A DNA stretch of 64,000 bases from Escherichia phage LHE287: the sequence record PP761450.1; one strand, given 5' to 3'. How positions within the stretch are numbered: the first letter of the stretch is position 1; each line of letters begins with the position of its first letter. This document shows positions 28,769 through 38,332 of this stretch, piece by piece. Below the pieces are notes generated by a model. It saw nothing but the letters and a program-made list of their open reading frames with translations. It did not search any database and was not told the origin of the DNA. A program made the translations under genes and the position numbers.

Positions 28769-28916
28769 TGTTTGAAACTGATTTATTATCCTACTTCGTG
28801 ATGTGTGATGAATTGAAGTTACACGGCTATAGCATATTTGAAATCAACGAGTCGATGCCATGGCATCTTGACTTGTTAACCGAAGCCCTCAAGGTCAGGT
28901 TGTCTAAGAAACAGTA

Positions 28917-28939
28917 ATCCCGCTTCGGCGGGATTTTTA
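28917..28939 (+). terminator. Rho-independent terminator
   Basis: ATCCCGC-TTCG-GCGGGAT hairpin followed by TTTTT. Confidence 0.6.
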
Positions 28940-28987
28940 TTGGCTTAACTGTAAAATCGGTTAACACGAACTTTCTTTACCTGAAAT

Positions 28988-28996
28988 TGCTATAAT
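28988..28996 (+). promoter_or_regulatory. Possible extended -10 promoter (TGCTATAAT)
   Basis: TGnTATAAT element in the long intergenic region upstream of the gp5-like gene. Confidence 0.3.
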
Positions 28997-29238
28997 GGGC
29001 TTGTTCCCGAGTTATTTGTTGGTGTTTGTCTGTTTTGAATCAGATTGTCAGTAAAATACCATTTTTCAAGGAGTGTTCTGGGGTGTACAGTTATTGCCTC
29101 GCCCTTATGCCTCCATGGCATTGGAATGGTGCTGCCCGCATAGGGCGGTTTGATGAGCGAAGCGAATAGGATCGAATAAAACAAATAAAATGAACGGAAG
29201 CAGAGCTTCCTATAGTATATAAGGCAAAATCAGCTGCG

Positions 29239-29246
29239 CATAAATA
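29239..29246 (+). promoter_or_regulatory. Possible late promoter variant (CATAAATA)
   Basis: 7/8 match to TATAAATA about 35 bp upstream of the gp5-like start. Confidence 0.25.
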
Positions 29247-29280
29247 CCTTCAAATCCTTGTTTGACAACCGGAATTCAAT

Positions 29281-30891
29281 ATGTTAGACAATATGAGATG
29301 GTTTTACGGCACCGTTGAAGATGTCAACGATCCAGACCAAAATGGGCGAGTTGCTGTTCGCATATATGGCGTACACACCGACGATCCCGTCCTCCTGCCT
29401 ACGGACAAACTCCCATGGGCGAAGGTACTGATGCCTGCTTCTAACGCCTCCTCTGCTGGTTTAGGTTGGTCTCCAACGGGCATCATTCCTGGTACTGAGG
29501 TTATGGGGTTCGCCCTTGACGAAGCATACCAGAATTTACGCATCACCTGGACTTGGACTGGTTCAAGTCCTACTGATGGTGCCGACACAAACCCACTGGC
29601 TCTCGGGCAGGTCGTTCAATCTGTAGAACGTCAGGCGTACAACGCCGTCACTGACGTTCCTGTGAAACAAGAAGACGAACCACAACCAGATCCACAACCA
29701 CCTGTTGGTGGGTATGATCCAGAGAAGTGGATGACAATCGCTCGTGGCGAATTAGGTATCAAGGAGTATGCCGGAAAGTTCAACAACAACCCGCGCATTA
29801 TAGAATATCACAAGACAACCTCCCTTGGTGCTTCTGAAGATGAAGTGTCGTGGTGTGCGGCGTTCGTGGGTTGGGTTATGATACAGGCTGGATACACGTC
29901 TACACGCTCCGCTCTTGCCCGATCTTACCTTACATGGGGCACTCCACTGTCAGCACCACAATATGGCGCTATCGTAGTCTTCCGGCGTGGTAACAACCCT
30001 ACATTTGGACACGTAGCGTTTGTGCAGAAGTTCGATGCAAACTATGTCTGGTGTATTGGTGGCAACCAATCCGATTCAGTGAAGGTCAGTCGTTTCAGAC
30101 GTTCTTCGGTCTTGGGATATCGTTGGCCTGGTCCTGCTAACACAGCCACAGCCGCGCCTGCGCAGCAGAATGGTAAATGGTCAGAACCTATCCCAGATCG
30201 TACTCCAAAGGAACAACCGACTCCGGCTCCTACTGGGCGAGTACAGGATATTGACAACACTGGAGAAACCATGGTTCCGGCTGCGGGTGGCTCCAAATAC
30301 CCGTACAATAACGTCATGGTGTCCCGAGCTGGGCATATTATGGAAGTGGATGACACCCCTGGTGGTGAACGTCTTCACTGGATGCATAAGTCTGGGTCTT
30401 ACAAGCAAATGTTGCCGGATGGTGATGTGGTCAACAAGTCCGTCAAAGACCACTATGACCTGACGATGTTCAACAAGCGTTATTATGTCGGCGGGGACCA
30501 CAACCTGACGGTCAAAGGAACTGAAGTTCAGCGCAAGACAGGTGAGGTCTATCATTTGCATTCCAACAACTACTCAAATGTGGTTGCGGGCACAGCGCTG
30601 ATGAAATTCAGTGACCTAGCGGAAATGCAAGCGCAGAATATTCTGCGCATTATCTGCGAGACTCTGGAGGTCGGCGGGACATTGAAGGTTCCTAAGATTC
30701 TAACGACTGAGATCATCGCTGACAAACTGACTGTCGCTCAGACGATCAATGGTAACATCATATATGCCGAAGGTGCTGGTCGCGCTTCTTCTCTGTCAGG
30801 TGCAACCCCTGCATCCCCTACGGGTCCGGGTGAGATTGACATCAAGGCAGAATTAAAAGACAATGGTGGTAATTTCGGCACCAAAGAGTAA
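29281..30891 (+). CDS. Baseplate central spike (gp5-like) with CHAP-like peptidase domain and C-terminal beta-helix region
   Basis: N-terminus WFYGTVEDVNDPDQNGRVAVRIYGVHT resembles the gp5 OB-fold domain; central Cys/His region (VSWCAAFVGW...PTFGHVAFV) typical of CHAP-like peptidases. Confidence 0.75.
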   Translation: MLDNMRWFYGTVEDVNDPDQNGRVAVRIYGVHTDDPVLLPTDKLPWAKVLMPASNASSAGLGWSPTGIIPGTEVMGFALDEAYQNLRITWTWTGSSPTDGADTNPLALGQVVQSVERQAYNAVTDVPVKQEDEPQPDPQPPVGGYDPEKWMTIARGELGIKEYAGKFNNNPRIIEYHKTTSLGASEDEVSWCAAFVGWVMIQAGYTSTRSALARSYLTWGTPLSAPQYGAIVVFRRGNNPTFGHVAFVQKFDANYVWCIGGNQSDSVKVSRFRRSSVLGYRWPGPANTATAAPAQQNGKWSEPIPDRTPKEQPTPAPTGRVQDIDNTGETMVPAAGGSKYPYNNVMVSRAGHIMEVDDTPGGERLHWMHKSGSYKQMLPDGDVVNKSVKDHYDLTMFNKRYYVGGDHNLTVKGTEVQRKTGEVYHLHSNNYSNVVAGTALMKFSDLAEMQAQNILRIICETLEVGGTLKVPKILTTEIIADKLTVAQTINGNIIYAEGAGRASSLSGATPASPTGPGEIDIKAELKDNGGNFGTKE

Positions 30892-30964
30892 GTTGGTATA
30901 AGTTTAGTGGCAGAGGGACAGCACGTCTCTCTGCTCCTTATAGGCATCCTGAGAGGATCGCGAA

Positions 30965-31345
30965 ATGAAAGAGTATAAAGATGTCGATCTGAAGTTCGGC
31001 ATGCATCCAGTGACCAAAGATGTCACCATGAAATCAGGTGTGTATGCTGTCTTACAATCCGTGCGGAATATCGTCATGTCTTCAGTCGGGGACTGGCCCA
31101 CTTATCCTGGGATCGGCGCGGGGCTTTATGGGCTGCTGGGTGAAAACACGACACCGACTATCCAGGTAGATGTGAAGAACAAAGTAGAGGACGCCATCGC
31201 CCTGTATGAACCCAGAGCAGAGGTAGAAGGAGTCACGGTGAGTCTGTCAGAGGATTACCATTCTCTGGGTGTGACCATCACATTCTATGTGGTCAACAAT
31301 CCAGATCCAATAACAGACACCGTGTGGTTGAAAAGGACGAATTAG
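30965..31345 (+). CDS. Baseplate wedge protein gp25/gpW-like
   Basis: 126 aa; GPW/gp25-family pattern (VLQSVRNIVMSSVGDWPTYPGIGAGLYGLL); directly after the spike gene. Confidence 0.65.
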   Translation: MKEYKDVDLKFGMHPVTKDVTMKSGVYAVLQSVRNIVMSSVGDWPTYPGIGAGLYGLLGENTTPTIQVDVKNKVEDAIALYEPRAEVEGVTVSLSEDYHSLGVTITFYVVNNPDPITDTVWLKRTN

Positions 31346-31432
31346 AGTTTCGTCCTGAATGCCGGAGCCACGACTAACATGAAGTGGGGACTACCAGCTG
31401 CATTCTCAACTCTTTGTAATCTTGCATGAGGA

Positions 31433-31894
31433 CTACTCCGCCAGGGTGATCACAACCATATTTAAGACTGTGTCGATAGCTCGGCCTGTTTCCTCTTCAT
31501 GGAGGGTTTCGGCGCGGAGGTGCACGTCGGTGATGAAGTTGTCAATATGCATCGAAGTCAGGTACGGGCGGTGCTGGGATAATGGACGGTTGGTCATCAC
31601 ATAATTGCGCAGTGTGTTGAAGTCCTTCTGAGAGCACTCTGTGGTATCGATACGGAGGAAGCGTTCGTTGTGTCTTGTCTTCAACTCAGTTGCTTTCCCG
31701 AGGTAGACCAGAGGTCCATTGCGACCGATACGGAACATGACATCAACAACAGACTTGAAGATTTCGCGTTCAATCAGTGCGGTGGGTGACCAGCAGATCT
31801 CTTCTTTGTCGTCGGCGTACAGGGTGTCGATCACCAGAGGAAGCTGAATGTAACCGAAGTTGTGCAGTGGGTTGGTAAGTACCTTGTTTGTCAT
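31433..31894 (-). CDS. Hypothetical protein
   Basis: 153-aa ORF with ATG start; downstream of an early promoter. Confidence 0.55.
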   Translation of the reverse strand: MTNKVLTNPLHNFGYIQLPLVIDTLYADDKEEICWSPTALIEREIFKSVVDVMFRIGRNGPLVYLGKATELKTRHNERFLRIDTTECSQKDFNTLRNYVMTNRPLSQHRPYLTSMHIDNFITDVHLRAETLHEEETGRAIDTVLNMVVITLAE

Positions 31895-31944
31895 GATATA
31901 GTTCCTGCTTTCAATTTGTGGCGAATGCCAATGAATTACTGGGA

Positions 31945-31973
31945 AGTATAAGCGCAGGGATTATAGAAGTAAA
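31945..31973 (-). promoter_or_regulatory. Early sigma70-like promoter (TTTACT-N17-TATACT)
   Basis: -35 TTTACT and -10 TATACT on the minus strand, 17-bp spacer, directly downstream of the nrdH-side terminator hairpin. Confidence 0.5.
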
Positions 31974-31991
31974 GCCCCTCAATGAGGGGCT
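31973..31991 (-). terminator. Intrinsic terminator hairpin after the glutaredoxin gene
   Basis: AGCCCCTC-AAT-GAGGGGCT perfect 8-bp stem followed by T-rich sequence on the minus strand. Confidence 0.5.
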
Positions 31992-31999
31992 TTGGCTTG

Positions 32000-32224
32000 T
32001 CAGCGTTTAAGGCTGGCGGCGAGTCCATTAACGTCGGTCACGGTCTGGTCAGCGAGGACGATTACAGGCATCGACACGCGCGGCTTACCCGTCAACTGCT
32101 GAAGTTCTTCCAGCCGGTAATCTTTGTCCAGCTTGAGGATCTTGTGTTCCAGCCCTTTCATTTTGCACAGATTTTCGGCTGTTACACACTGAGCGCAACC
32201 TTGTTTGGAATAGATTGTAATCAT
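32000..32224 (-). CDS. Glutaredoxin/NrdH-like redoxin
   Basis: 74 aa; CAQC active-site motif at positions 10-13; adjacent to nrdB. Confidence 0.8.
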   Translation of the reverse strand: MITIYSKQGCAQCVTAENLCKMKGLEHKILKLDKDYRLEELQQLTGKPRVSMPVIVLADQTVTDVNGLAASLKR

Positions 32225-32233
32225 TTCTCACCT

Positions 32234-33337
32234 TTAAGCGAATTTGAGGCCATCGGATACCGAACCAGTCAGTACACCCATCAGATAATCAGGAGCTTCC
32301 GCTTCCTGCAACGCGTACTGCATTGCCTTATTATCTAGCCAGTCATTAATCCATGGGACTGGGTTCTCCTTGCGAGGTTCACCGGGATATGGATGCCCGA
32401 TAGCGCCCATCCGGTGGGTTGCCAGCCAGTCTACCATCTGATGAAGGATCTTGGCGTTCAGCCCCAGGATGGAACCGTCTTTGAATAGGTAGTTCGCCCA
32501 CTCCTTCTCTTGATGAACTACGTCCAGGAACATCTGGGTCATCTCACCACGCAGTTCCTCACGGATGATTGCAAAGTCGGGGTCCATGCCAGGCAGGCGG
32601 TTTAGCAGCGTCTGGGTCAGGATCAGGTGATCCTGCTCATCACGGGCGATCTGTCGAATGATTTTGGCATTGCCTTCCATCTTCTTCTGGAACTGTGTGA
32701 ATGCCCAAGAGCATGCAAAGGACACGTAGAAGCGGATGCCTTCCAGTGTGTTGGCAGCAAACAGAGCACGCCAGAATGCGCGTTTGGCATTCATCAGATC
32801 TTCTCGGGTGAAGATGCGTCCGGCCATACGCATGCCACTGTACTGTACCATGTCATCGTAGTACACACTGATCTGGTGAGCACAGTCCACGATCTCCACA
32901 ACATCCAGTACGTGGTCAAACACGATACCTGGATCGTTCACAGTATTGCGCAAAATGTGGGTGTACGATAAAGAGTGAATGGCTTCCTGGCGCGTCCATT
33001 CAAGGACAGCAAACTGCATTTCAGGGGTAGACGCCCATGGACCAAACGCCTCGAACGGAGCCGCACCCTGGATAGAGTCCAGCATGGTCTGGCGCTTCAG
33101 GTTGCTGAAGTAGACATGTTTCTCTGCTTCGTTCAGGGTAGCAAAGTCGGCCTTGTCCTTGGTGATGTCCACCTCTTCAGGACGCCAGAACTGGCTGAGA
33201 CCTTTCTCATACCACTTCTGTACGAATGGCCAGGCCACGACATCGTAACGCTGGATGCTCACTGGGTCACCGAAGAACGGTAGACCAGTGTTGTCCGAGC
33301 TTGGGTCGAATACGGAGAATTGTTTCTGTTCGCTCAT
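32234..33337 (-). CDS. nrdB: Ribonucleotide reductase small subunit (class Ia)
   Basis: 367 aa; di-iron/tyrosyl radical family features and size; immediately downstream of nrdA. Confidence 0.9.
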   Translation of the reverse strand: MSEQKQFSVFDPSSDNTGLPFFGDPVSIQRYDVVAWPFVQKWYEKGLSQFWRPEEVDITKDKADFATLNEAEKHVYFSNLKRQTMLDSIQGAAPFEAFGPWASTPEMQFAVLEWTRQEAIHSLSYTHILRNTVNDPGIVFDHVLDVVEIVDCAHQISVYYDDMVQYSGMRMAGRIFTREDLMNAKRAFWRALFAANTLEGIRFYVSFACSWAFTQFQKKMEGNAKIIRQIARDEQDHLILTQTLLNRLPGMDPDFAIIREELRGEMTQMFLDVVHQEKEWANYLFKDGSILGLNAKILHQMVDWLATHRMGAIGHPYPGEPRKENPVPWINDWLDNKAMQYALQEAEAPDYLMGVLTGSVSDGLKFA

Positions 33338-33407
33338 GTTTCTTTCCTGATTAATAAGGGGTGATCTCTCACCCCTGATGATATAACGGTAGTAGGTTTA
33401 GACCAAC

Positions 33408-35690
33408 TCAGACGATACAACTCTCACAATCAGGTTCCTCAGCCTGTTTCAGCTCTTCGTCTTCCTTGGCGTCTTTGTTTGTGTTGTAATACAGAGTCTT
33501 GCCACCCCACATATAGAACGACAGGATATCCTGCATCATCTTGGCGCGAGGGATCTTGCTGTCAGGGTACTTCTCTGGGTCATACCACGTGTTGGTACTG
33601 ATGGACTGGTCAACCCAGCGCTGGATGACAGCAGCGGTCTTCAGGTACTCAATACAGTCCAGGTCCCACTTGAGGTCATACATCGGCCCAAGGGTCTCAA
33701 CTTCCGGGACGACCTGCTTATAAGTGCCGTCCTTGCTACCCTTGATGCTCACCAAGCCCTTCGGTGGCTCAATGCCGTTCGTTGCGTTGAGGACCTGTGA
33801 GGAGCTTTCGGTAGGGGCTACTGCCAGCAGGGTGGCGTTGCGGATACCATAGGTCTTCAGATTATCCTTCAACTCATCCCAATCCAGCCCATATGCCATC
33901 CCTTCTGGCTTCTTGCCATTTGGTAGGATATCAAGTGGAAGCGGCTGAAGGTCGGCGGTGACCTGCCCATTATTGTGGATGGTTCCGCGTTTACACGCCC
34001 CGAACTTCATAGCCAGACGGTTGGACGCCTTGACCAGATAGAAGTGCAGGTGTGCCATCCACGCATCCAGCATTTCAAGACCAGCTGGTGAGCCATAGCC
34101 CGTGAAGTTCTTGGCCAGGAAGTGAGCCACGTTCACGATACCAACACCCAGAGGACGATAGTCTTCAACAGCTTTACGAGCCTGAATCGCTGGATAGTCC
34201 TGATATTCCAACAGCATGTCCAGCGCAGACACCAACACGAACGCCACGTCTTCCATTTCGGTCGGGTCTTCGAATGCTGTCAGGTTGAAGGAAGCCAGGG
34301 TGCACAGAGCCACGCGCCCGTTTTCATCGTTGTACTGCTCAAACTCACGGGTCGGCAGGGCGATTTCTAAACAAAGATTTGAAGAATAAATCGTGTCTAG
34401 GTTGAATGGACTGTATTCATTCATGTGATCGACAAATGCGATGTAGATGCGGCCTGTGTCCGAACGCTGGTCTAACAGCATCTGGAACACCTCTTCTGCC
34501 TGCAACTTCTTAGCACGAACCAAACCGGCATCGGCGGCCTTGATCATGTTCTCATACAGATTACGGAACTTGTCAACGTCAGCGAAGTATGCTTCATACA
34601 TTTCGCGGTTGTCTTTCGGGTCGAACAGATACAGAGGCTGCTTGGCAACAAGGCGCTCAAACATCACGCGGTTGATCTGAATGCCATAGTCGATACGGCG
34701 TTCGCGGTTTTCTTCAGTACCACGGTTGTTCTTCAGAACAACGACGTCATCGAACTGGTAATGCCACAGAGGGATGTACGCTGTTGCTGCACCACCACGA
34801 ATGCCGCCCTGAGAGCAAGATTTGAGTGCCCCAGTGAGATACTTGATGAATGGGATCAGGCCTGTGTGAACCATCTCTCCGCCGCGAATAGGACTACCAA
34901 TCCCACGGATTGCCCCGACATCGAAGCCGATACCCGCACGTTTGGACACATAGTCAACGATGGTCTTGGCTGTTGCGTTGATAGAGTTCAGGGTGTCATC
35001 AGTCTTGATTAACACACAGGAACTGAACTGACGGGTAGGAGTACGAACACCTGCCATAATCGGGGTGGGAAGACTGAACTTGCCTGTGCTGGCATATTCA
35101 TAGAACTTTTTCACCATCTCCAGGCGGCTGTCTTTGTCCCAGTTAGAGAACAACGCCATGGCGATGCCCATGTACATGACCTGAGGGGTTTCGTAGAAGA
35201 TCTTGCTGTCTTTCTTGGAACGGTCGCACAACAGGTACTTCTCAGTCAGCTGACCCATGGCCGCCCACGTGAAGTTCTTATCGCGTTTGTGATTGATGAC
35301 ATCGTTCAGCTCGTTGAACTCTTCGGTCGTGTAGAGATCAAGGAACTCACGATCATACACGCGCTGTTTGATGTTCTTGACGAAGATGTCCAGCAGGTGA
35401 GGCGGCTTGTACTGACCGTAGACAGCCTTGCGCAGATCATACGACTTCAGACGAGCAGCCACATACTGGTAATTGGGTTTGTCTACAGAGATCAGCGAAG
35501 CCGCAGCCTGGATGAGGATATCCTGAATGCGATCTGTTCTCATGTTGTCGGTGAACTGAATCTTAGATGCAGCGATCACCTCTGACATTGACACACCAGA
35601 CAGGCCATCACATGCGCGGTCTACGACTGCGTGTAGTTTCTCAATATCAAATGGGACAGAAGATCCGTCACGTTTTATAACGTTAATCAT
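33408..35690 (-). CDS. nrdA: Ribonucleotide reductase large subunit (class Ia)
   Basis: 760 aa; ATP-cone-like N-terminus, conserved catalytic regions and C-terminal CESC-type Cys pair. Confidence 0.95.
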   Translation of the reverse strand: MINVIKRDGSSVPFDIEKLHAVVDRACDGLSGVSMSEVIAASKIQFTDNMRTDRIQDILIQAAASLISVDKPNYQYVAARLKSYDLRKAVYGQYKPPHLLDIFVKNIKQRVYDREFLDLYTTEEFNELNDVINHKRDKNFTWAAMGQLTEKYLLCDRSKKDSKIFYETPQVMYMGIAMALFSNWDKDSRLEMVKKFYEYASTGKFSLPTPIMAGVRTPTRQFSSCVLIKTDDTLNSINATAKTIVDYVSKRAGIGFDVGAIRGIGSPIRGGEMVHTGLIPFIKYLTGALKSCSQGGIRGGAATAYIPLWHYQFDDVVVLKNNRGTEENRERRIDYGIQINRVMFERLVAKQPLYLFDPKDNREMYEAYFADVDKFRNLYENMIKAADAGLVRAKKLQAEEVFQMLLDQRSDTGRIYIAFVDHMNEYSPFNLDTIYSSNLCLEIALPTREFEQYNDENGRVALCTLASFNLTAFEDPTEMEDVAFVLVSALDMLLEYQDYPAIQARKAVEDYRPLGVGIVNVAHFLAKNFTGYGSPAGLEMLDAWMAHLHFYLVKASNRLAMKFGACKRGTIHNNGQVTADLQPLPLDILPNGKKPEGMAYGLDWDELKDNLKTYGIRNATLLAVAPTESSSQVLNATNGIEPPKGLVSIKGSKDGTYKQVVPEVETLGPMYDLKWDLDCIEYLKTAAVIQRWVDQSISTNTWYDPEKYPDSKIPRAKMMQDILSFYMWGGKTLYYNTNKDAKEDEELKQAEEPDCESCIV

Positions 35691-35773
35691 GGTGTTCCTC
35701 GGGTTTGTTTACGCAGGTTTTATTATACGCCGCCCTCGTAGATTGAAGGCGGCAGGGAGGGTTGGTGAGTTAC

Positions 35774-36616
35774 TTAAATGTCGTACAGATCGTTGACTTC
35801 CAGCATCAGGCGGGTGAAGTCGCCGCGCCCGTTGCGGTCAGACTTGTCGAACTCGATGATACTGAACGGCTGAACCCATTCAGGGTACTCATCACCGACG
35901 CCAACACCATCGATCTTCAGGGTTCCGGCCTCCAGCTTGGCGTTGAAGTCGCGGAAGGAACTGACGTACTTTTCAAGGGCGCTGTCGCGCAGGCGCTTGT
36001 TGGACTGTTTGATGTCACCGTTGACAAAGATGTAAGTCGAGTCAGATGCGCGGGTCAGTAGGTTCTTCAGCTGCTCCATATCACATTCCTGCGCTTCTTC
36101 AATGATCAGGAAGGTGTCGTCGAAGGTCATCCCCTTGATGGTCTCCAGATCCTGGATCTCAATAATCCGCTTCTCCCACAGATAGTTGAAGAAACCGTCG
36201 CTACCTGTGTCAGTCTTCAGCACCTTCTTCAGCGTCTGAATCAGGGGCATCAGATATGGCATCAGTTTTTCGTATGTGTCGCCAGGGCGGAAGCCTGCAG
36301 TCTGGCCTGTTGGCAGCGGAGAGCGCGTGATGACGATCTTGCTGACCACTTTATCGATCAGGAGCTTGGCGGCGGCTGAGGCACCACAATACGATTTACC
36401 TGTGCCTGCCGGACCGATTGCGATGGTGAGGTTTTCTTCAAGAGCAGATTGATACGCGAGGTTCTGATTTTCTGAGAGGCCATTGAACGGAGCGATTCTG
36501 AAGTCACCTTTAGAGAACTTCATCCAGTCATCTTCTTTCTGGATTGTCTCTTTCTTACGTGCTGACTTGGTCTTGCCCGCTGGCTTCTTACTTACAACTT
36601 TGGTGGCAGATTGCAT
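35774..36616 (-). CDS. phoH: PhoH-like ATPase
   Basis: Walker A GPAGTGKSY and PhoH-family length/pattern. Confidence 0.8.
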   Translation of the reverse strand: MQSATKVVSKKPAGKTKSARKKETIQKEDDWMKFSKGDFRIAPFNGLSENQNLAYQSALEENLTIAIGPAGTGKSYCGASAAAKLLIDKVVSKIVITRSPLPTGQTAGFRPGDTYEKLMPYLMPLIQTLKKVLKTDTGSDGFFNYLWEKRIIEIQDLETIKGMTFDDTFLIIEEAQECDMEQLKNLLTRASDSTYIFVNGDIKQSNKRLRDSALEKYVSSFRDFNAKLEAGTLKIDGVGVGDEYPEWVQPFSIIEFDKSDRNGRGDFTRLMLEVNDLYDI

Positions 36617-36696
36617 GGGAACCTTCCTATATCTCAGGGTGTCATCACCTCTAATTAAGGTGACAACCCCAGCATACCTGAGGATTGGATAAAGAA

Positions 36697-36714
36697 AAGG
36701 CCGTTTCCGGCCTT
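36697..36714 (-). terminator. Intrinsic terminator after the endolysin gene
   Basis: GGCCG-TTTC-CGGCC stem-loop followed by TTTTCTTT on the minus strand. Confidence 0.5.
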
Positions 36715-36718
36715 TGAG

Positions 36719-37531
36719 TTAACTGAAACTCTTGTATGCTGCTGCGAGCTTCTTGTCGTACTGGTTCTTGGCATACGCCGGACCATTATAGCGCCGTGCA
36801 AATTCAGACCAGTTCTTGTCCTTCAGAGCCTGCCAGAGCTTGGCGTCAGCCTTGATGAACTTCACGAATGCCATCAAATGAGCACGTTCTCCTGTCAGGA
36901 AGTCGTTGAACATCTCCTTGGCGTTGGCATATCCACAGACCTGGCAGTTGAATCCCATGATCTGGAAGAGACCGTAAGAGGCGCTCTCGTACGCACAATC
37001 CTCATCGATGTTGATGGCCGCATGAAGTCGATCCAACTCCGCGTCGCCTCCCGTGTACCCGCCTGCGGAAGGACTGACCAACGTCGGGTACATATGTCCC
37101 ATGGCATTCGCCCGAGCCTGTCCGAACTTCGCCATCAGCTTCTTATACATGATGTGGCGCTCAAATAATGTCTTGATCTTACCTGACTTGGTGAAGCCCG
37201 TACCGCGCGACTCAACCTGATTCACCGCCTTGACAGAGGCAAGGTCAACACCCAGATCATTAGCAGCATCAATCAGGTCTGACTCAGTTAGATGATCCTG
37301 ATGGGCGTCTCCGGCGTTGCGAATAGCATAGGAGGTCTTTGGACCTACGATACCATCAATGACAAGCCCCGCACCCGCCTGAACAGTCTTGACGGCGTTC
37401 TCTGTTGCCTTGCCAAAGATACCATCAGCGACGAGGGTGAAGCCGATTTTGTTGAGGCTATTCTGAAGTGCCTTCACTTCAGTGCCACGGTTGCCAAGTT
37501 TTAGAATGGCCATAAGAAAATACCTCCACAA
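36719..37531 (-). CDS. Endolysin: N-terminal peptidoglycan-binding domain plus C-terminal muramidase-type domain
   Basis: N-terminal PG_binding_1-like repeats (GTEVKALQNSLNKIGF...DGIFG); C-terminal block with GLFQIMGFN typical of phage N-acetylmuramidase endolysins. Confidence 0.75.
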   Translation of the reverse strand: MWRYFLMAILKLGNRGTEVKALQNSLNKIGFTLVADGIFGKATENAVKTVQAGAGLVIDGIVGPKTSYAIRNAGDAHQDHLTESDLIDAANDLGVDLASVKAVNQVESRGTGFTKSGKIKTLFERHIMYKKLMAKFGQARANAMGHMYPTLVSPSAGGYTGGDAELDRLHAAINIDEDCAYESASYGLFQIMGFNCQVCGYANAKEMFNDFLTGERAHLMAFVKFIKADAKLWQALKDKNWSEFARRYNGPAYAKNQYDKKLAAAYKSFS

Positions 37532-37696
37532 TGAATGCAGAGGTATTTAAAGTGAAAGTGAACTACTCGAGGAGCTGGGGGAAGACTTTGTTCGAATGTG
37601 TCGGCAACCCAGAGAGTGCCAAAGAGGATTGAATGACTGCGATCTCCTCCCAAGACCTGATAGGGGGAGTTGCCTCCCCTATGTTACACGTCTGGA

Positions 37697-38185
37697 TTAG
37701 GCCAGTTTGCTCACCAGAGCTTCAACTGCGTCGGCGCTCAGTTTACCCATTTTGACGTACTGAGCTTTTGCTTCGCCACCAACAGCTTTCACGATGTCGG
37801 TGTTGTCATACCCCTTCTTAGGGAAGACCATCACAGAGAAGGAACCGTTGTTCAGCGGGTTCAGCTGGATGCGACCTTTACCGACTACGATGGTGCCGTA
37901 AGTTTCGGTGTTGGCTTCGACAATGTGGATGTCGTGACCCAGGTTTTTCAGCATACCAACTTTGTCGGCAGTCTTAGCAACCACAGCTTTGTCAACCACA
38001 ACCTGCTCTACCAGGGTGAAGCCGTTTGTCGATTTCACTTTACCGTTCAGCAGGTTCATGAAGGAAGTTTTACCACCAGTGAATCCAGCTGCCTGAGCGA
38101 TGCGGAACATTTCAACTTTAGCAACTTCGGTGTTCAGTTCGAAAGAGATGGTGCCGTTGGTGATCAGAGTTTTGGTAGTAGCCAT
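37697..38185 (-). CDS. Hypothetical early protein (162 aa)
   Basis: ATG at 38185 with RBS; downstream of an early promoter; the track start at 38221 is GTG. Confidence 0.6.
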   Translation of the reverse strand: MATTKTLITNGTISFELNTEVAKVEMFRIAQAAGFTGGKTSFMNLLNGKVKSTNGFTLVEQVVVDKAVVAKTADKVGMLKNLGHDIHIVEANTETYGTIVVGKGRIQLNPLNNGSFSVMVFPKKGYDNTDIVKAVGGEAKAQYVKMGKLSADAVEALVSKLA

Positions 38186-38258
38186 GATGTAATTCCTCAT
38201 AATGTAGTTGGTGCGTTTCACTTTTCATTCGGCGGTGTGTTGTCGCCCTATGTGAACT

Positions 38259-38287
38259 ATAATAGTGCATCATTATTGAAGAGTAAA
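38259..38287 (-). promoter_or_regulatory. Early sigma70-like promoter (TTTACT-N17-TATTAT)
   Basis: -35 TTTACT, 17-bp spacer, -10 TATTAT on the minus strand. Confidence 0.5.
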
Positions 38288-38332
38288 GTCTTTTTCAATA
38301 ATTTTTAAAAATTATTTTTGAAGTATTTTAAA

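Noticed and set aside
33408-35690. Group I intron or homing endonuclease interrupting nrdA, nrdB or other conserved genes, as in some T4-like phages
   Set aside because: nrdA, nrdB, ligase, uvsX and gp41 are all single uninterrupted ORFs of expected length
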